A stretch of DNA of 64,000 nucleotides from an uncultured Candidatus Binatia bacterium (GCA_965242525.1 OZ251459.1:64001-128000), one strand, 5' to 3'; shown: positions 37,273-47,659, counted from the stretch's first letter. Numbers and translations: made by a program. The notes: generated by a model not told the origin, from the letters alone.

Positions 37273-38121
37273 ATGGCTGACAGACCCCTGGAAGGGAAGG
37301 TGGCGCTGGTGACCGGCGCCGGCAGCCCCATCGGATTCGGTCGGCGCATGACCTTCGCCTTGGCGGGCGCGGGCGCGCGCGTGGCCATGGTGGACGTGAG
37401 GGAGGAATGGCTCGAACAGACCGCGGACGAGGTGCGGGCCGAAGCCGGGAAGGACAGCGTGCTGCCCATCGCGGCCAGCGTGGCCGACCCGGACGACGTG
37501 GCCCGGGCGGTGGAGTCCGCGGTCGCCGGTCTCGGGGGGCTGGACATCCTCGTCAACAACGCCGGCACCAATCCGCGCAACGTCGGCTTGGCCTCCGACT
37601 TTCGCATGAAGTGCTGGGAGGTCTCGCCCGAGGCCTGGGACCGGGTGGTGGCGGTCAACTGCAGCGGACCCTTCTACGCGGTGCGCGCCGCGGTGGAGGG
37701 CATGATCGCCCGGAAGTGGGGCCGCATCATCGGCGTCACCACCAGCCTGGACACCATGTACCGGGCTTACGGCTCGCCCTACGGCCCGTCCAAGGCCGGC
37801 CACGAGGCATTCATGGCCACCCTGGCCCGGGAGTTGGAGGGCACCGGGGTCACCGCCAACGTGCTGGTGCCGGGCGGCCCGGCCAACACCAACCTGATAC
37901 CGCAGGACGCGGACTACGACCGGGATCAACTGATCCAGCCGCCGGTCATGGAGAAGCCGGTGGTGTGGTTGGCGTCGGAGGCGTCCGACGGCGTCAACGG
38001 CCGGCGCTTCATCGCCTACCACTGGGACGAGAGCCTGCCGCTGGAAGAGCGTCTGGCCAAGGCGAGCGCGCCCGCGGCCTGGCCCCAGGCCGGGCAGGCC
38101 GCCATTGCCCCGGGCCGCTAG
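37273..38121 (+). CDS. Short-chain dehydrogenase/reductase
   Basis: TGAGSPIGFG, NNAG, YGPSK. Confidence 0.92.
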   Translation: MADRPLEGKVALVTGAGSPIGFGRRMTFALAGAGARVAMVDVREEWLEQTADEVRAEAGKDSVLPIAASVADPDDVARAVESAVAGLGGLDILVNNAGTNPRNVGLASDFRMKCWEVSPEAWDRVVAVNCSGPFYAVRAAVEGMIARKWGRIIGVTTSLDTMYRAYGSPYGPSKAGHEAFMATLARELEGTGVTANVLVPGGPANTNLIPQDADYDRDQLIQPPVMEKPVVWLASEASDGVNGRRFIAYHWDESLPLEERLAKASAPAAWPQAGQAAIAPGR

Positions 38122-38189
38122 GCCCGGACGGTTCGTTCGTTCTTTCCTTCCCGGAAGGAGCTGGCGCCGCGTTCCGCTTCCGGGGCGCG

Positions 38190-39710
38190 TCAGTCGCCTC
38201 CGGCGGCGCCCCTTCGTCCGAGCCGCGCGAGGCCTCCCCGGATGGTGGGCAGGAAGATGAGGACCACGGCGAAGACCAGCAGGGCCGCGGTCATGGGTCG
38301 TTCCCACATGAAGCGGACGCCGTCGGTCAGGTTCATGGCGCGGGCGAAGTTGTCTTCCAGCAGCGGCCCGAGGATGAACCCGATCAGCATCGGCGCCAGC
38401 GGGAAACCGGCCATGCGCATGATCGTCGCCGCGACCCCCATGCCGGTCAGCAGCAGCAGTTCCGTGGCGTTGTTCTGGCCGATGTAGCTGCCCATCATGG
38501 TGAAGAACAGGATGAACGGGATGAGGTAGTTGCGGGGGATCTCCAGCAGCTTGGCGATGTAGGGGATGAGCGGCAGGTTGAGGATCAACAGCACCACGTT
38601 GCCGAGGTACATGGAGATGATGACGGCCCAGAAGATGGAGGGGTTGTCCACCATCAGGCGGGGGCCGGGGGCCACGTTCAGGGCGATCAGCGCCCCCAGC
38701 AGTATCGCGGTGGTGCCCGACCCCGGGATCCCCAGGGTCAGCAGCGGCACGAACGAGCCGGTGCAGGCCGCGTTGTTGGCGGTTTCCGGCGCGGCCAGCC
38801 CCTTGATGGACCCCTTCCCGAACCGGTCCCGGTCCTCCCCCTTGGCGATGTTGCGTTCGACCGCGTAGCCGAGGAACGACGCGATGGTCGCGCCCGCGCC
38901 CGGCATGACGCCCACGAAGAAACCCTGGAGCGACTGGCGCCCGATCACGGGGGCGATCTCCCTTGCCTCGCTCCGGGTGATCCGCAGGTTCGTGATCTTG
39001 CCTTCGCCTTTCCCGCCCCGTTCCGCGCGCTTGGGGTTGAGCACCAGGTACAGGGCCTCCGGCAGGGCGAACAGCGCCATGGCCAGGGTAATGAAGCTGA
39101 TGCCGCTCTGGAGGTCCCGGATCCCCAGGGTGAAGCGCGGCGCGTTGAACAGCGCGCTCTCGCCCACGGTGGCCAGCATCACGCCGAGGACGGTCATCAT
39201 CAGCGCCTTGGCCACCTGGCCCGAGCCGGCGAAGGCCGCGATGGCCGCGAGGCCCACGACCATGAGCGCGAAGTACTCCGCGGAGTGGAACAGCAGGGCC
39301 ACGCTGGCCAGCCCCGGGGCGAACCCCATCAGCAGGACGGCGCCGATGGTGCCCCCCGAGAAGGAGGCGATGGCCGCAACGGTCAGCGCCTTGCCGGCCT
39401 GTCCCCGGCGCGCCATGGGGTAGCCGTCGAAGGCGGTGGCCACGGTGCCGGCGACCCCGGGCGCGTTGATGAGTATGGACGAGGTGGAGCCGCCGAATAT
39501 GGCGCCGTAATAGACTCCCGCCAGCAGGATCAGCGCGGCCGCGGGATCGCCGATCTGTATGGCCACCGGGATCATGATGGCGATGATCGACATGGGGCCC
39601 AAGCCCGGCAGCATGCCGATGAAGGTGCCGATCAGGCACCCGGCGATGACCATCAGGAGGTTCTGGATCCCGAAGGCGGTGGCCAGGCCGGTGAGGATTC
39701 CTTCGATCAT
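38190..39710 (-). CDS. tctA: Tripartite tricarboxylate transporter large permease
   Basis: GMLPGLG, YYGAIFGGS, PETANNA, LTLGIPGS. Confidence 0.95.
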   Translation of the reverse strand: MIEGILTGLATAFGIQNLLMVIAGCLIGTFIGMLPGLGPMSIIAIMIPVAIQIGDPAAALILLAGVYYGAIFGGSTSSILINAPGVAGTVATAFDGYPMARRGQAGKALTVAAIASFSGGTIGAVLLMGFAPGLASVALLFHSAEYFALMVVGLAAIAAFAGSGQVAKALMMTVLGVMLATVGESALFNAPRFTLGIRDLQSGISFITLAMALFALPEALYLVLNPKRAERGGKGEGKITNLRITRSEAREIAPVIGRQSLQGFFVGVMPGAGATIASFLGYAVERNIAKGEDRDRFGKGSIKGLAAPETANNAACTGSFVPLLTLGIPGSGTTAILLGALIALNVAPGPRLMVDNPSIFWAVIISMYLGNVVLLILNLPLIPYIAKLLEIPRNYLIPFILFFTMMGSYIGQNNATELLLLTGMGVAATIMRMAGFPLAPMLIGFILGPLLEDNFARAMNLTDGVRFMWERPMTAALLVFAVVLIFLPTIRGGLARLGRRGAAGGD

Positions 39711-39728
39711 CGCGCCGTCCCCGCGGAC

Positions 39729-40214
39729 TCAGAGGAACCAGGGCCAGGGGCGCAGGAAGATGCCGAGCACCTGCTGCACCAGGTACCAGACCAGGAACGC
39801 CGCAAGCACGGAGACCGGGACCAGGACCACGAAGCGCCGCTCCCCGAGGGTCACGGACGCCAGCACCAGGAAGAGGGTCGTGGTGGCCACGAACCCCGCG
39901 GGTCGAAGCAGCAGCGCATAGGCGACCATGAGCGCCAGCAGCAGGACCGCCTGGCCGAGCTTGTACTGCCGCAGCCTGCGGACGTCGATGCCGTCGGACT
40001 CGGTTTCCCCGTGGGCCCCGGGGCCGGACTGGACCAGCACCGCCAACCCCACCAGCGCGCCGATGACGCTCAGCCATTTGGGCAGCACGTTGGGGAGGAA
40101 GGTCATGTTGCGCTCGAAGGGAAGGAGGCCGGCCTCCATGACCACGAAGGCGGTGTACCCATAGGCCAGGCAGACGACCACGAAGATTCCGGCTATGGCT
40201 CGTTCCAGGGTCAC
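39729..40214 (-). CDS. tctB: Tripartite tricarboxylate transporter small permease
   Basis: 4-TM protein between tctC and tctA. Confidence 0.85.
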   Translation of the reverse strand: MTLERAIAGIFVVVCLAYGYTAFVVMEAGLLPFERNMTFLPNVLPKWLSVIGALVGLAVLVQSGPGAHGETESDGIDVRRLRQYKLGQAVLLLALMVAYALLLRPAGFVATTTLFLVLASVTLGERRFVVLVPVSVLAAFLVWYLVQQVLGIFLRPWPWFL

Positions 40215-40253
40215 GGGTCCCCTCCTGCCGGTCCCGCGTGTGAACGGGAGGCA

Positions 40254-40286
40254 GGCCGGGGCGCCTCCCCAACGGGCGCCCCGGCC
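40254..40286 (-). terminator. GC-rich hairpin after tctC (attenuator or mRNA stabiliser)
   Basis: GGCCGGGGCGCC...GGCGCCCCGGCC stem; no clear U-tract. Confidence 0.45.
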
Positions 40287-40296
40287 GTTTCGGTCG

Positions 40297-41295
40297 CTAC
40301 TTCAGGAAGCCGAGCTTCTGCATCAGGGTCTTGATGACCTTCTCCTGGTTTTCCAGGAAGGCCACGAAGTCCTTGCCGGAGTTGTGGATATCGACCCAGC
40401 CGTTGCGGTCGCGCACGGCCTTCCATTCGGGCGTGGCGTACATGGCGGCCAGGGCCTTGCGGTACAGGTTCGCCTTGTCCTCCGGCAGTCCCGGGGCGGC
40501 GAAGAAACCGCGCCAGTTGACGAACGTCGCGTCGTACTTCTGCTCCTTCAGGGTCGGCGCATCCCGGAACGCCGGGACGCGTTGGTCGGAGGTCACGGCG
40601 AGGATGCGCATCTCCCCGGCCTTGGCCAGCCCCACGGCCTCGGAGAAACCGGTGGAGCCCGCGGCCACCTCTCCCGACAGGATCGCCGCGTTCAGCTTCC
40701 CGCCGGCGTCGTAGGGGATGTACTTGACCTTGGTGGGGTCGGCTCCGGCCGCCTGGAACCCCAGCGCGGCCACCAGGTGGTCCATTCCTCCCGGCACCGA
40801 GCCGCCGCCCACGGACACTTTGCGCGGGTCCTTCCTGTAAGCCGCCACCAGGTCCGAGAAGTCCTCGTAGGGGCTGTCCTTGCCGGTGATGATGGCCGCG
40901 TAGTCGCCGATGGTGCCGGCGATCATCGTCAGGTCGCGGAAGTTGTAGGGGAAGCGCCCCACCAGCGAGCGGATGATGATGGGGGTCGAGTTGACCATGA
41001 GCGTGCCGTGGTTGGACGCGGCGTTCTCGACCAGGTAGCCGATGGCCTTGCCGCCGCCTCCGCCGGACATGTTCTCGTACGAGGCGGAGCCGACGATGCC
41101 GGACTTGGTCAGCGCCTCGCCCGTGCCCCGGGCGGTGCCGTCCCAGCCGCCGCCGGCGCCGCCGGGAATGAGGAAGTGGATCTTGTCGATCAGTTTCTCC
41201 GCCGCATGGACGGAGTTGGCTGCGCCCAGGGCCAGTGTGGTTGCCGCGACCGCGGCCAAGCCGAATCGTACCGCGAAACCGGTCCGTCTCATCAT
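40297..41295 (-). CDS. tctC: Tripartite tricarboxylate transporter substrate-binding protein
   Basis: IPGGAGGGWD, GGGGG, NWRG; signal peptide from ATG 41295 with AGGAGG RBS. Confidence 0.92.
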   Translation of the reverse strand: MMRRTGFAVRFGLAAVAATTLALGAANSVHAAEKLIDKIHFLIPGGAGGGWDGTARGTGEALTKSGIVGSASYENMSGGGGGKAIGYLVENAASNHGTLMVNSTPIIIRSLVGRFPYNFRDLTMIAGTIGDYAAIITGKDSPYEDFSDLVAAYRKDPRKVSVGGGSVPGGMDHLVAALGFQAAGADPTKVKYIPYDAGGKLNAAILSGEVAAGSTGFSEAVGLAKAGEMRILAVTSDQRVPAFRDAPTLKEQKYDATFVNWRGFFAAPGLPEDKANLYRKALAAMYATPEWKAVRDRNGWVDIHNSGKDFVAFLENQEKVIKTLMQKLGFLK

Positions 41296-41488
41296 GTGTT
41301 CCTCCTGTACCGGGAAATTGTCACGAAGTCCGTAACCCAAACGGGTCCGAATGTCCAGCGTCCGAAGGTCCGGCGCGAGCCGTGTACGGCGAGGCCGGCG
41401 GCGGAACGGTGACGGCGGCAAGATCGTTGTTGATGTTGTTTCCCAAATGCGGTAAGCAGACCCATCGACAAACCGAGGAGGTCTCTGC

Positions 41489-42490
41489 ATGAACCGGAAA
41501 GCCCTGTTATCGAGTCTGGTCCTGGCGGTCGTCTTGCTGCCGGGCCTGAGCGCGTTCGCCCAGTGGAACATTTCCGTGGTGGGGTCGCCGTCCGGCGGCA
41601 CGCTCCAGGTGAAGGCGGAGGGGATCGGGGAAGCCCTGCGCCGGGCCATCCCCAATTCCAACGTCAGCGTCCCCACGTCCAGTCCCGGCGCGGGCCTGGC
41701 GCTCATCGGCACGGGCAAGGCGGAAGTGGCCGTGGGCGCCTCGGCGCGGATGGCGGTGAGCGCCCTGCGGGGCTTGGCGCCGTTCAAGAGGAAGTACGAT
41801 TTCAAGCTGCTGGCGTTCTGGGGCGCGGACCTCTTCATGTTCGTGGCCACGCCCAAGGCCGGCATCGAGACCTTCGGCGACTACGTGTCGGGCAAGTCCA
41901 AGGACGGCATCTCGGTGGGTCCTCCGGGAAGCGGCTCCTACCAGGTCTTCTCCGACGTGGCCAAGGTGCACGGCACCAACTTCAAGGAGATGGAAGCCTG
42001 GGGCGCGAAGATCCACTACCAGTACTCGGCGCCCTCCCTGGAGCTGCTCCAGGACGGCCAGATCGAGGGACTGGGGGGCCTGTGGGGGCAACCGAGCGCC
42101 CGGATCGTCGATCTTACCAACAACCGCGAGATGGTCTGGGTGGGCCTGGACAAGGACGCCATCGACAACCTCGGCGCGGAGTTCGGTTATGAGTACGTGA
42201 AGCTCGACAACCCCGGGGACTTCGGCTACGGCTACAAGTTCGTCAACAAGGAGCCCCTGCATACGGTGCGCATGGCCGACATCATCACCATCCGCTCGGA
42301 CCTGCCGGTGGACCAGGCTTACACCATCACCAAGGCCGTCTTCGGCAGCAACGATTACCTGGTGAACGTGCACCAGTCCTTCAAGGCGCTTACCGCGGCC
42401 AACACCATCGCCCTGGACCAGGCGTCGGGCGAGTTGGACCTGCACGAAGGCACCAAGAAGTATTTCCGCGAAGTGGGCGCAATGAAGTAG
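41489..42490 (+). CDS. TAXI-family TRAP solute receptor
   Basis: Signal peptide; SPSGGT, VGPPGSGS, YTITKAVF, LHEGTKKYFRE. Confidence 0.9.
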   Translation: MNRKALLSSLVLAVVLLPGLSAFAQWNISVVGSPSGGTLQVKAEGIGEALRRAIPNSNVSVPTSSPGAGLALIGTGKAEVAVGASARMAVSALRGLAPFKRKYDFKLLAFWGADLFMFVATPKAGIETFGDYVSGKSKDGISVGPPGSGSYQVFSDVAKVHGTNFKEMEAWGAKIHYQYSAPSLELLQDGQIEGLGGLWGQPSARIVDLTNNREMVWVGLDKDAIDNLGAEFGYEYVKLDNPGDFGYGYKFVNKEPLHTVRMADIITIRSDLPVDQAYTITKAVFGSNDYLVNVHQSFKALTAANTIALDQASGELDLHEGTKKYFREVGAMK

Positions 42491-42603
42491 CGGCGCATGG
42501 CGGCGGACGCGGGGTCTCCTTTCCCGCGTCCGCTCCAGGCTCGCGGTCGCGCTGCCGGCGCCCCCGCGCGGCGTGACCGCGAGGCCCCGTTCCCGTTCAG
42601 CCC

Positions 42604-44544
42604 ATGTCCTTCCTGACCACCCTGGGCCGGGTGTACGCCGAGTACGCCGAAGGCGGCCGCCGGCAGTTCACCGGCGTTGCCCGCAAGCTCGTCACCGGCT
42701 TCGCCATCCTGTACTCCTGCTACCACCTCTACGTCTTCCTCATCGGCGTCGGCAAGCTCAACGTGTTCCAGCACCGGGCGACGCACCTGCTGTGGCTGCT
42801 GGCCTTCTCCTTCATCGTGTATGCGCCGGGCGCCGGGAAGGGGCGGGTGGGGGCATGGGACTGGTTCCTGGCCGGCCTGTGCATCGCCATCTGGGGCTAC
42901 ATGATGCTCCACCTGGAGCGCATCACCCTGTGGCTCAGCCTCATCGACGAACCGCCGGTGCTGGACCTGGTCTTCGGCAGCCTGCTCATCCTGCTGGTGC
43001 TGGAAGGGGTGCGGCGGGTGTCGCGGATGCCGCTGGTGTTCGTCACCGTGGCCTTCCTGCTCTACATGTTCCACGGCAACCTCCTGGGCGGGATCTGGTG
43101 GCACTCGGGCATGACTTTCGACCGGGTCATCGACGTTCTGTTCCTCAGCCCCGAGGGCATGTGGGGCTCGCTGATGAACATCTCGGCCACCTACATCATC
43201 CTGTTCGTGCTCTTCGGCCAGTTGCTGCTGCACTGCGGCGGCGCCGCGTTCTTCGTGGACCTGGCCGACGCGGTGGCCGGGCGCGCCCGGGGCGGGCCGG
43301 CCAAGGTGGCGGTGGTGGGGAGCGGCCTGTTCGGCACCATCTCCGGCAGCCAGATCGCCAACGTCGCCACCAGCGGCTCCTTCACCATCCCGATGATGAA
43401 GCGCGTGGGGTTCCGGCCCCAGTTCGCCGGCGCGGTGGAGTTGTCCGCCTCCATGGGCGGGATGTTCATGCCCCCGGTGATGGCCTCCACCGTGTTCCTG
43501 ATGAGCGACATCAGCGGCATCCCCTACGTGGAGATCATCGTGGCGGCGTTCATACCCGCCTGCCTCTACTTCTTCACGGTCTTCTGGCAGGTGCACATGG
43601 AGAGCGTGAAGATGGGCATCACCTCTCCCACCGAGGGCCGGCGCACGGCCTGGAACGTGCTCAAGGAGGACGGCCACTTCATCGCGCCGCTGGTGGTCAT
43701 CGTCTGGGTCCTGCTGGAGGGCTATACGCCCATCCGGGCCGCGCTGGTGGCCATCGCCACGTTGCTGGTGGTGACGGCGCTGCGGAAGAAGGGCCGCAAG
43801 GACCTGGTCCGGAACGTGCTGAAGGGGCTGGAGACCGGGGCCACCACCTCCATCATCGTGGCGTTGCCCATCGCCGCGGGCGCCATCATGGTCACCGCCA
43901 TCTCGGCCACCGGCCTCGGCGGCAAGTTCGGCTCCATGGTGATGCTCTTCTCCGGCGGCTACCTGTTCCCGGCCCTGGTCATCGCCATGATCGCCTCCCT
44001 GGTGCTGGGAGCGCCGCTGTCGGTGGCCGCCACCTACATCCTCACGGCCATCATGATCGTGCCCGTCACCGTGCAACTGGGCGTGGCGCCGCTGGCCGCG
44101 CACCTGTTCGCGGTCTATTTCGCGGTCATCGCGCCCATGTCCCCGCCCGCGGGCCCGGCCATGTTTCTGGCCGGCGGGCTGGCCGGAGCCAACCCCATGG
44201 TGGTGGGGCTCCTCGGCATACGTCTCGCCATCGGCGCGTTCGTGCTGCCGTTCCTGTTCGTTTTCAATTCCGGCCTGCTGATGGCCGGCGGCATCCTCGA
44301 CATCCTGTCCTCCACCGCGGTGGCCGCGCTTGCGTTGTTCGCCCTGGCCGCGGGCTTCGAGGGCTGGATCGCCAAGGCGACCGCGGCGTGGGAGCGCATC
44401 CTCCTGGTGGCGGGAGGTTTCCTCATGATCTTTCCGGGTCCGTGGACCCTGGGGGTCGGCGCCGCCGCGGTGGTGGCGGCCATCCTGGCGCACCTGGTGA
44501 GGACCCGGGCCGGAAGCCGCGAGTCCGGCGCCGCGCCGGCGTGA
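42604..44544 (+). CDS. TRAP fused (4TM/12TM) permease
   Basis: GGPAKVAV, GTISGS, FTIPMMK, MPPVM, SPP. Confidence 0.92.
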   Translation: MSFLTTLGRVYAEYAEGGRRQFTGVARKLVTGFAILYSCYHLYVFLIGVGKLNVFQHRATHLLWLLAFSFIVYAPGAGKGRVGAWDWFLAGLCIAIWGYMMLHLERITLWLSLIDEPPVLDLVFGSLLILLVLEGVRRVSRMPLVFVTVAFLLYMFHGNLLGGIWWHSGMTFDRVIDVLFLSPEGMWGSLMNISATYIILFVLFGQLLLHCGGAAFFVDLADAVAGRARGGPAKVAVVGSGLFGTISGSQIANVATSGSFTIPMMKRVGFRPQFAGAVELSASMGGMFMPPVMASTVFLMSDISGIPYVEIIVAAFIPACLYFFTVFWQVHMESVKMGITSPTEGRRTAWNVLKEDGHFIAPLVVIVWVLLEGYTPIRAALVAIATLLVVTALRKKGRKDLVRNVLKGLETGATTSIIVALPIAAGAIMVTAISATGLGGKFGSMVMLFSGGYLFPALVIAMIASLVLGAPLSVAATYILTAIMIVPVTVQLGVAPLAAHLFAVYFAVIAPMSPPAGPAMFLAGGLAGANPMVVGLLGIRLAIGAFVLPFLFVFNSGLLMAGGILDILSSTAVAALALFALAAGFEGWIAKATAAWERILLVAGGFLMIFPGPWTLGVGAAAVVAAILAHLVRTRAGSRESGAAPA

Positions 44545-44557
44545 AAGGACCCTGACA

Positions 44558-44932
44558 GTGCCGCAGGAAAAGATCTCCAACGTGTCCATGCCCGTCCGGG
44601 ACCAGCAGGCCGCCAAGGCCTTCTACATGGAGAAGCTGGGCTTCGATCTCGTCGTCGAGGAGGAGATGCCCGACATGAGCGACAAGTGGATCCAGCTCAA
44701 GCCCTCCGCCGGCGACGCGACCGTCTCGCTGGTCACCTGGATGCCGTCCATGGCCCCGGGGTCCCTGGACGGCGTGGTGCTGGGCACCGACGACATCGAG
44801 TCGAGCCGGGCCCGGTTCCTGGAGCGCGGGGTGGAGGTCTCCGAGGTCACGGACGAGCACTGGGGCCGCTGGGCGACTTTCCGGGACGTGGACGGCAACG
44901 GCTGGGTGCTGGTGCAGTCGGCCTACGCATAG
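44558..44932 (+). CDS. VOC/glyoxalase family protein
   Basis: VRDQQAAKAFYMEKLGF, WGRWATFRDVDGN. Confidence 0.88.
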   Translation: MPQEKISNVSMPVRDQQAAKAFYMEKLGFDLVVEEEMPDMSDKWIQLKPSAGDATVSLVTWMPSMAPGSLDGVVLGTDDIESSRARFLERGVEVSEVTDEHWGRWATFRDVDGNGWVLVQSAYA

Positions 44933-44993
44933 GCGGCGCGTCCGTCCGCCCCCTTGGCGCGAACACGTCGAAAGGGAACCCCGAACGATTGCG

Positions 44994-45033
44994 CCGTTGG
45001 TCCTGAGCGTAGCGAAGCGAAGTCGAAGGACGC
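44994..45033 (+). repeat. Family A REP-like core (copy 3)
   Basis: 39/40 identical to copy 1; flanks resemble those of copy 5. Confidence 0.85.
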
Positions 45034-45172
45034 GCTTTCCCATGGGAAGAGACGCCTCGAGCCGGAATTGATCAGAGGTTCCGAAAGCGGGACGGTGGCG
45101 CGAGTGGAACGAGAACGGAACGAGGCCGAAGTCTCCGCGGGCTCCTCCCCCGGACTGCACGCCGCGCCGTGG

Positions 45173-45784
45173 ATGAGGGCGTTGGGGGCGGCGGCCCTCC
45201 TGCTGCTGGCCTCGGCGTGCAGCGTCCCTCCGCCGGAACGCCAGAGCGACGTCTGCCAGGTCTTCGAGCAGTACCCCGACTGGTACGACTACGCCCTCGC
45301 CTCCCAGCGCACGTGGGGGACGCCGGTGCACGTCCTCATGGCCTTCGTGCGCCACGAGTCGAGCTTCCGCAGCCACGCCAAGCCGCCCATGCGCTGGCTC
45401 CTGTTCATCCCCCTGGGGCGCCCGTCGTCCGCCAAGGGTTACGCCCAGGCCCAGGACCCGGTGTGGAGCGAGTACGAGGCGGAGCGGGGAAGCCTCTTCC
45501 GCAGCCGTTCGGACATGGAAGACGCCCTGGACTTCATCGGCTGGTACAACCACAAGACATGGCGCGAGCTCGGCATCTCCCGGGACGACGCCGAGCGGCT
45601 CTACCTCGCCTACCACGAGGGGCGCGGCGGCTATCGACGCGGCACCTGGAAGAAGAAGCCGCAGGTGCAGAGCGTCGCCAAGCGCGTGGGCCGGACCGCC
45701 GGCCACTACCGCTCCCAGCTCGCCCGGTGCGAGTCCCGTTTCCGTTGCGACTCCTGGTACCAGGTGTGGCCGTTCTGCCGCTGA
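45173..45784 (+). CDS. Lytic transglycosylase (SLT-like) lipoprotein
   Basis: Lipobox LASAC; HESSF, SSAKGYAQA, LYLAYHEG. Confidence 0.82.
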   Translation: MRALGAAALLLLASACSVPPPERQSDVCQVFEQYPDWYDYALASQRTWGTPVHVLMAFVRHESSFRSHAKPPMRWLLFIPLGRPSSAKGYAQAQDPVWSEYEAERGSLFRSRSDMEDALDFIGWYNHKTWRELGISRDDAERLYLAYHEGRGGYRRGTWKKKPQVQSVAKRVGRTAGHYRSQLARCESRFRCDSWYQVWPFCR

Positions 45785-45886
45785 CCGTCCCGCACGGCTC
45801 CGAATCCACCGCGGCGTTCCCTGCCGAGCTTCGTTGCCTGCCCGGTTTCCGGTAGTCCGCGCGTTGCGGTCCCACGACGACGCCGA

Positions 45887-47620
45887 ATGCTCAGCAAGCT
45901 GCTCATACGGAACTTCAAGCGCTTCGACGAGGTCGAGATCGAGCTCGGAAGTCCGGTGGTGTTCATCGGTCCCAACAACTCGGGCAAGACGTCGGCCATG
46001 CAGGCGCTGGCCCTCTGGGACGTCGGCCTGAAGCGCTGGAACGAGAAGCGGTACGGAAAGACGGCGCCCGGGAGGCGCCCGGGGGTGACCGTCAGCCGCC
46101 GAGACCTCGTTGCGATTCCGGTTCCCGGCGCCAACCTGCTATGGCGCGGCCTGCACGTGCGCGACGTGTCCAGGGTCGAGGGACGGCAGCGCACCGGCAA
46201 CGTCCGCATCGATATCGTCGTCGAGGGAATGAACAACGGCCGACCCTGGACCTGTGGGCTGGAGTTCGACTACGCCAACGACGAGTCCTTCTATTGCCGA
46301 CCGCTGCGCCGGTCCGACGGCAAGGCTCCGGACCGCATGCCGGTTCCGCCCGAGGCGGGACTCGCACGAATCGCCTTCCTGCCGCCCATGTCAGGACTTG
46401 CGGCCACGGAGACCCGTCTCGACCACGGCGCGGTGGACGTCCGAATCGGGGAGGGACGGACCGCCGAGGTGCTGCGCAACCTCTGCTTCCGGGTGCACGA
46501 AGAAAAGCCGTCGGACTGGCGGCAGTTGACGGAACAGGTTCGGAGCCTGTTCGGGACCGAGGTGGATCCGCCGCGCTACGTTGCCGAACGCGGCGAGATC
46601 GTGATGAGTTACCGGGAGCACGGGACCAGGCTCGACCTGTCTTCCGCCGGTCGAGGGTTGCAGCAGACGCTGCTCCTCCTGGCCTACATGTACGCCAACC
46701 CCGGCGCCGTCCTGCTCCTGGACGAACCGGACGCGCACCTGGAGATCCTGCGCCAGCGCCAGACCTACCGCCTGTTGACCGAGGTTGCGCACGAGAGCGG
46801 CAGCCAGATCATCGCCGCAAGCCACTCCGAAGTGCTGCTCAACGAGGCCGCGGGCCGGGATTTGGTGGTGGCGTTCATGGGTCGGGCGCACCGCGTTGAC
46901 GACCGCGGCAACCAGGTCCTGAAGGCGCTCCGAGAGATCGGTTTCGACCAGTACTACCAGGCGGAGCAGACCGGATGGGTGCTTTACCTGGAGGGATCGA
47001 CGGACCTGTCGGTCCTCCATGCCTTCGCCCGACGCCTCGGGCACGAACGGGCCTTGCGGGCGCTCGGGATGCCGTTCGTGAAATATGTCGGAAACGACGC
47101 CAGCGCCGTTCGGAACCATTACCATGGGCTGCGCGAAGCCGTGCCTGCGCTGCGGGGAGTCGTGCTGTTCGACCGCTTTCCGTCGGGTCCGCCGGACATG
47201 GCGCCGGTGGAATGCCTCATGTGGAAGCGTCGAGAGATCGAGAACTACCTTTGTTCCCGGTCCACGCTGGAAGCGTACGCAAGGAGTTCGGGGAAGGAGG
47301 CCGCTCCCGGCCCGCTGTTCGCACCCGGTGAAGCCCGCGAGCGTGTGGACTCCATGCGCCAAGCCATCGACGAGGTAGAGTCCGCCCTCGGCACCCTGGG
47401 CAAGGGGTCTCCCTGGGACGGCGATGTCAAGGCCAGCGATGAGTTTCTGGAGCCTCTCTTCGAGGCCTATTTCAAGAAGCTCGGGCTGCCGAACCTCATG
47501 GCGAAGAAGAACTGCCACGAGTTGGTGGAGCACGTTCCCGACGGCGAAATCGATCCCGAAATCGGCGAGAAGCTGGACGCCATCGCGCGGGTGGCCGAGA
47601 GCGCCGAGGGGGGATCGTAG
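45887..47620 (+). CDS. OLD-like ABC ATPase with TOPRIM-like C-terminus
   Basis: NFKRF, GPNNSGKT, LDEPDAHL, ASHS, YLEGSTD, LFDR, RREIENYL. Confidence 0.75.
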   Translation: MLSKLLIRNFKRFDEVEIELGSPVVFIGPNNSGKTSAMQALALWDVGLKRWNEKRYGKTAPGRRPGVTVSRRDLVAIPVPGANLLWRGLHVRDVSRVEGRQRTGNVRIDIVVEGMNNGRPWTCGLEFDYANDESFYCRPLRRSDGKAPDRMPVPPEAGLARIAFLPPMSGLAATETRLDHGAVDVRIGEGRTAEVLRNLCFRVHEEKPSDWRQLTEQVRSLFGTEVDPPRYVAERGEIVMSYREHGTRLDLSSAGRGLQQTLLLLAYMYANPGAVLLLDEPDAHLEILRQRQTYRLLTEVAHESGSQIIAASHSEVLLNEAAGRDLVVAFMGRAHRVDDRGNQVLKALREIGFDQYYQAEQTGWVLYLEGSTDLSVLHAFARRLGHERALRALGMPFVKYVGNDASAVRNHYHGLREAVPALRGVVLFDRFPSGPPDMAPVECLMWKRREIENYLCSRSTLEAYARSSGKEAAPGPLFAPGEARERVDSMRQAIDEVESALGTLGKGSPWDGDVKASDEFLEPLFEAYFKKLGLPNLMAKKNCHELVEHVPDGEIDPEIGEKLDAIARVAESAEGGS

Positions 47621-47659
47621 AGGTCCCTGCCGCTTCGCCGGTAGCGTGGGAAGCCCCCG

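Noticed and set aside
37045-40334. 1075-aa and 975-aa ORFs over the SDR and tct genes
   Set aside because: Shadow frames of well-supported genes.
44954-45172. N-terminal extension of the transglycosylase ORF containing the REP core
   Set aside because: The lipoprotein signal begins at ATG 45173; the extension is just an open frame through the repeat.
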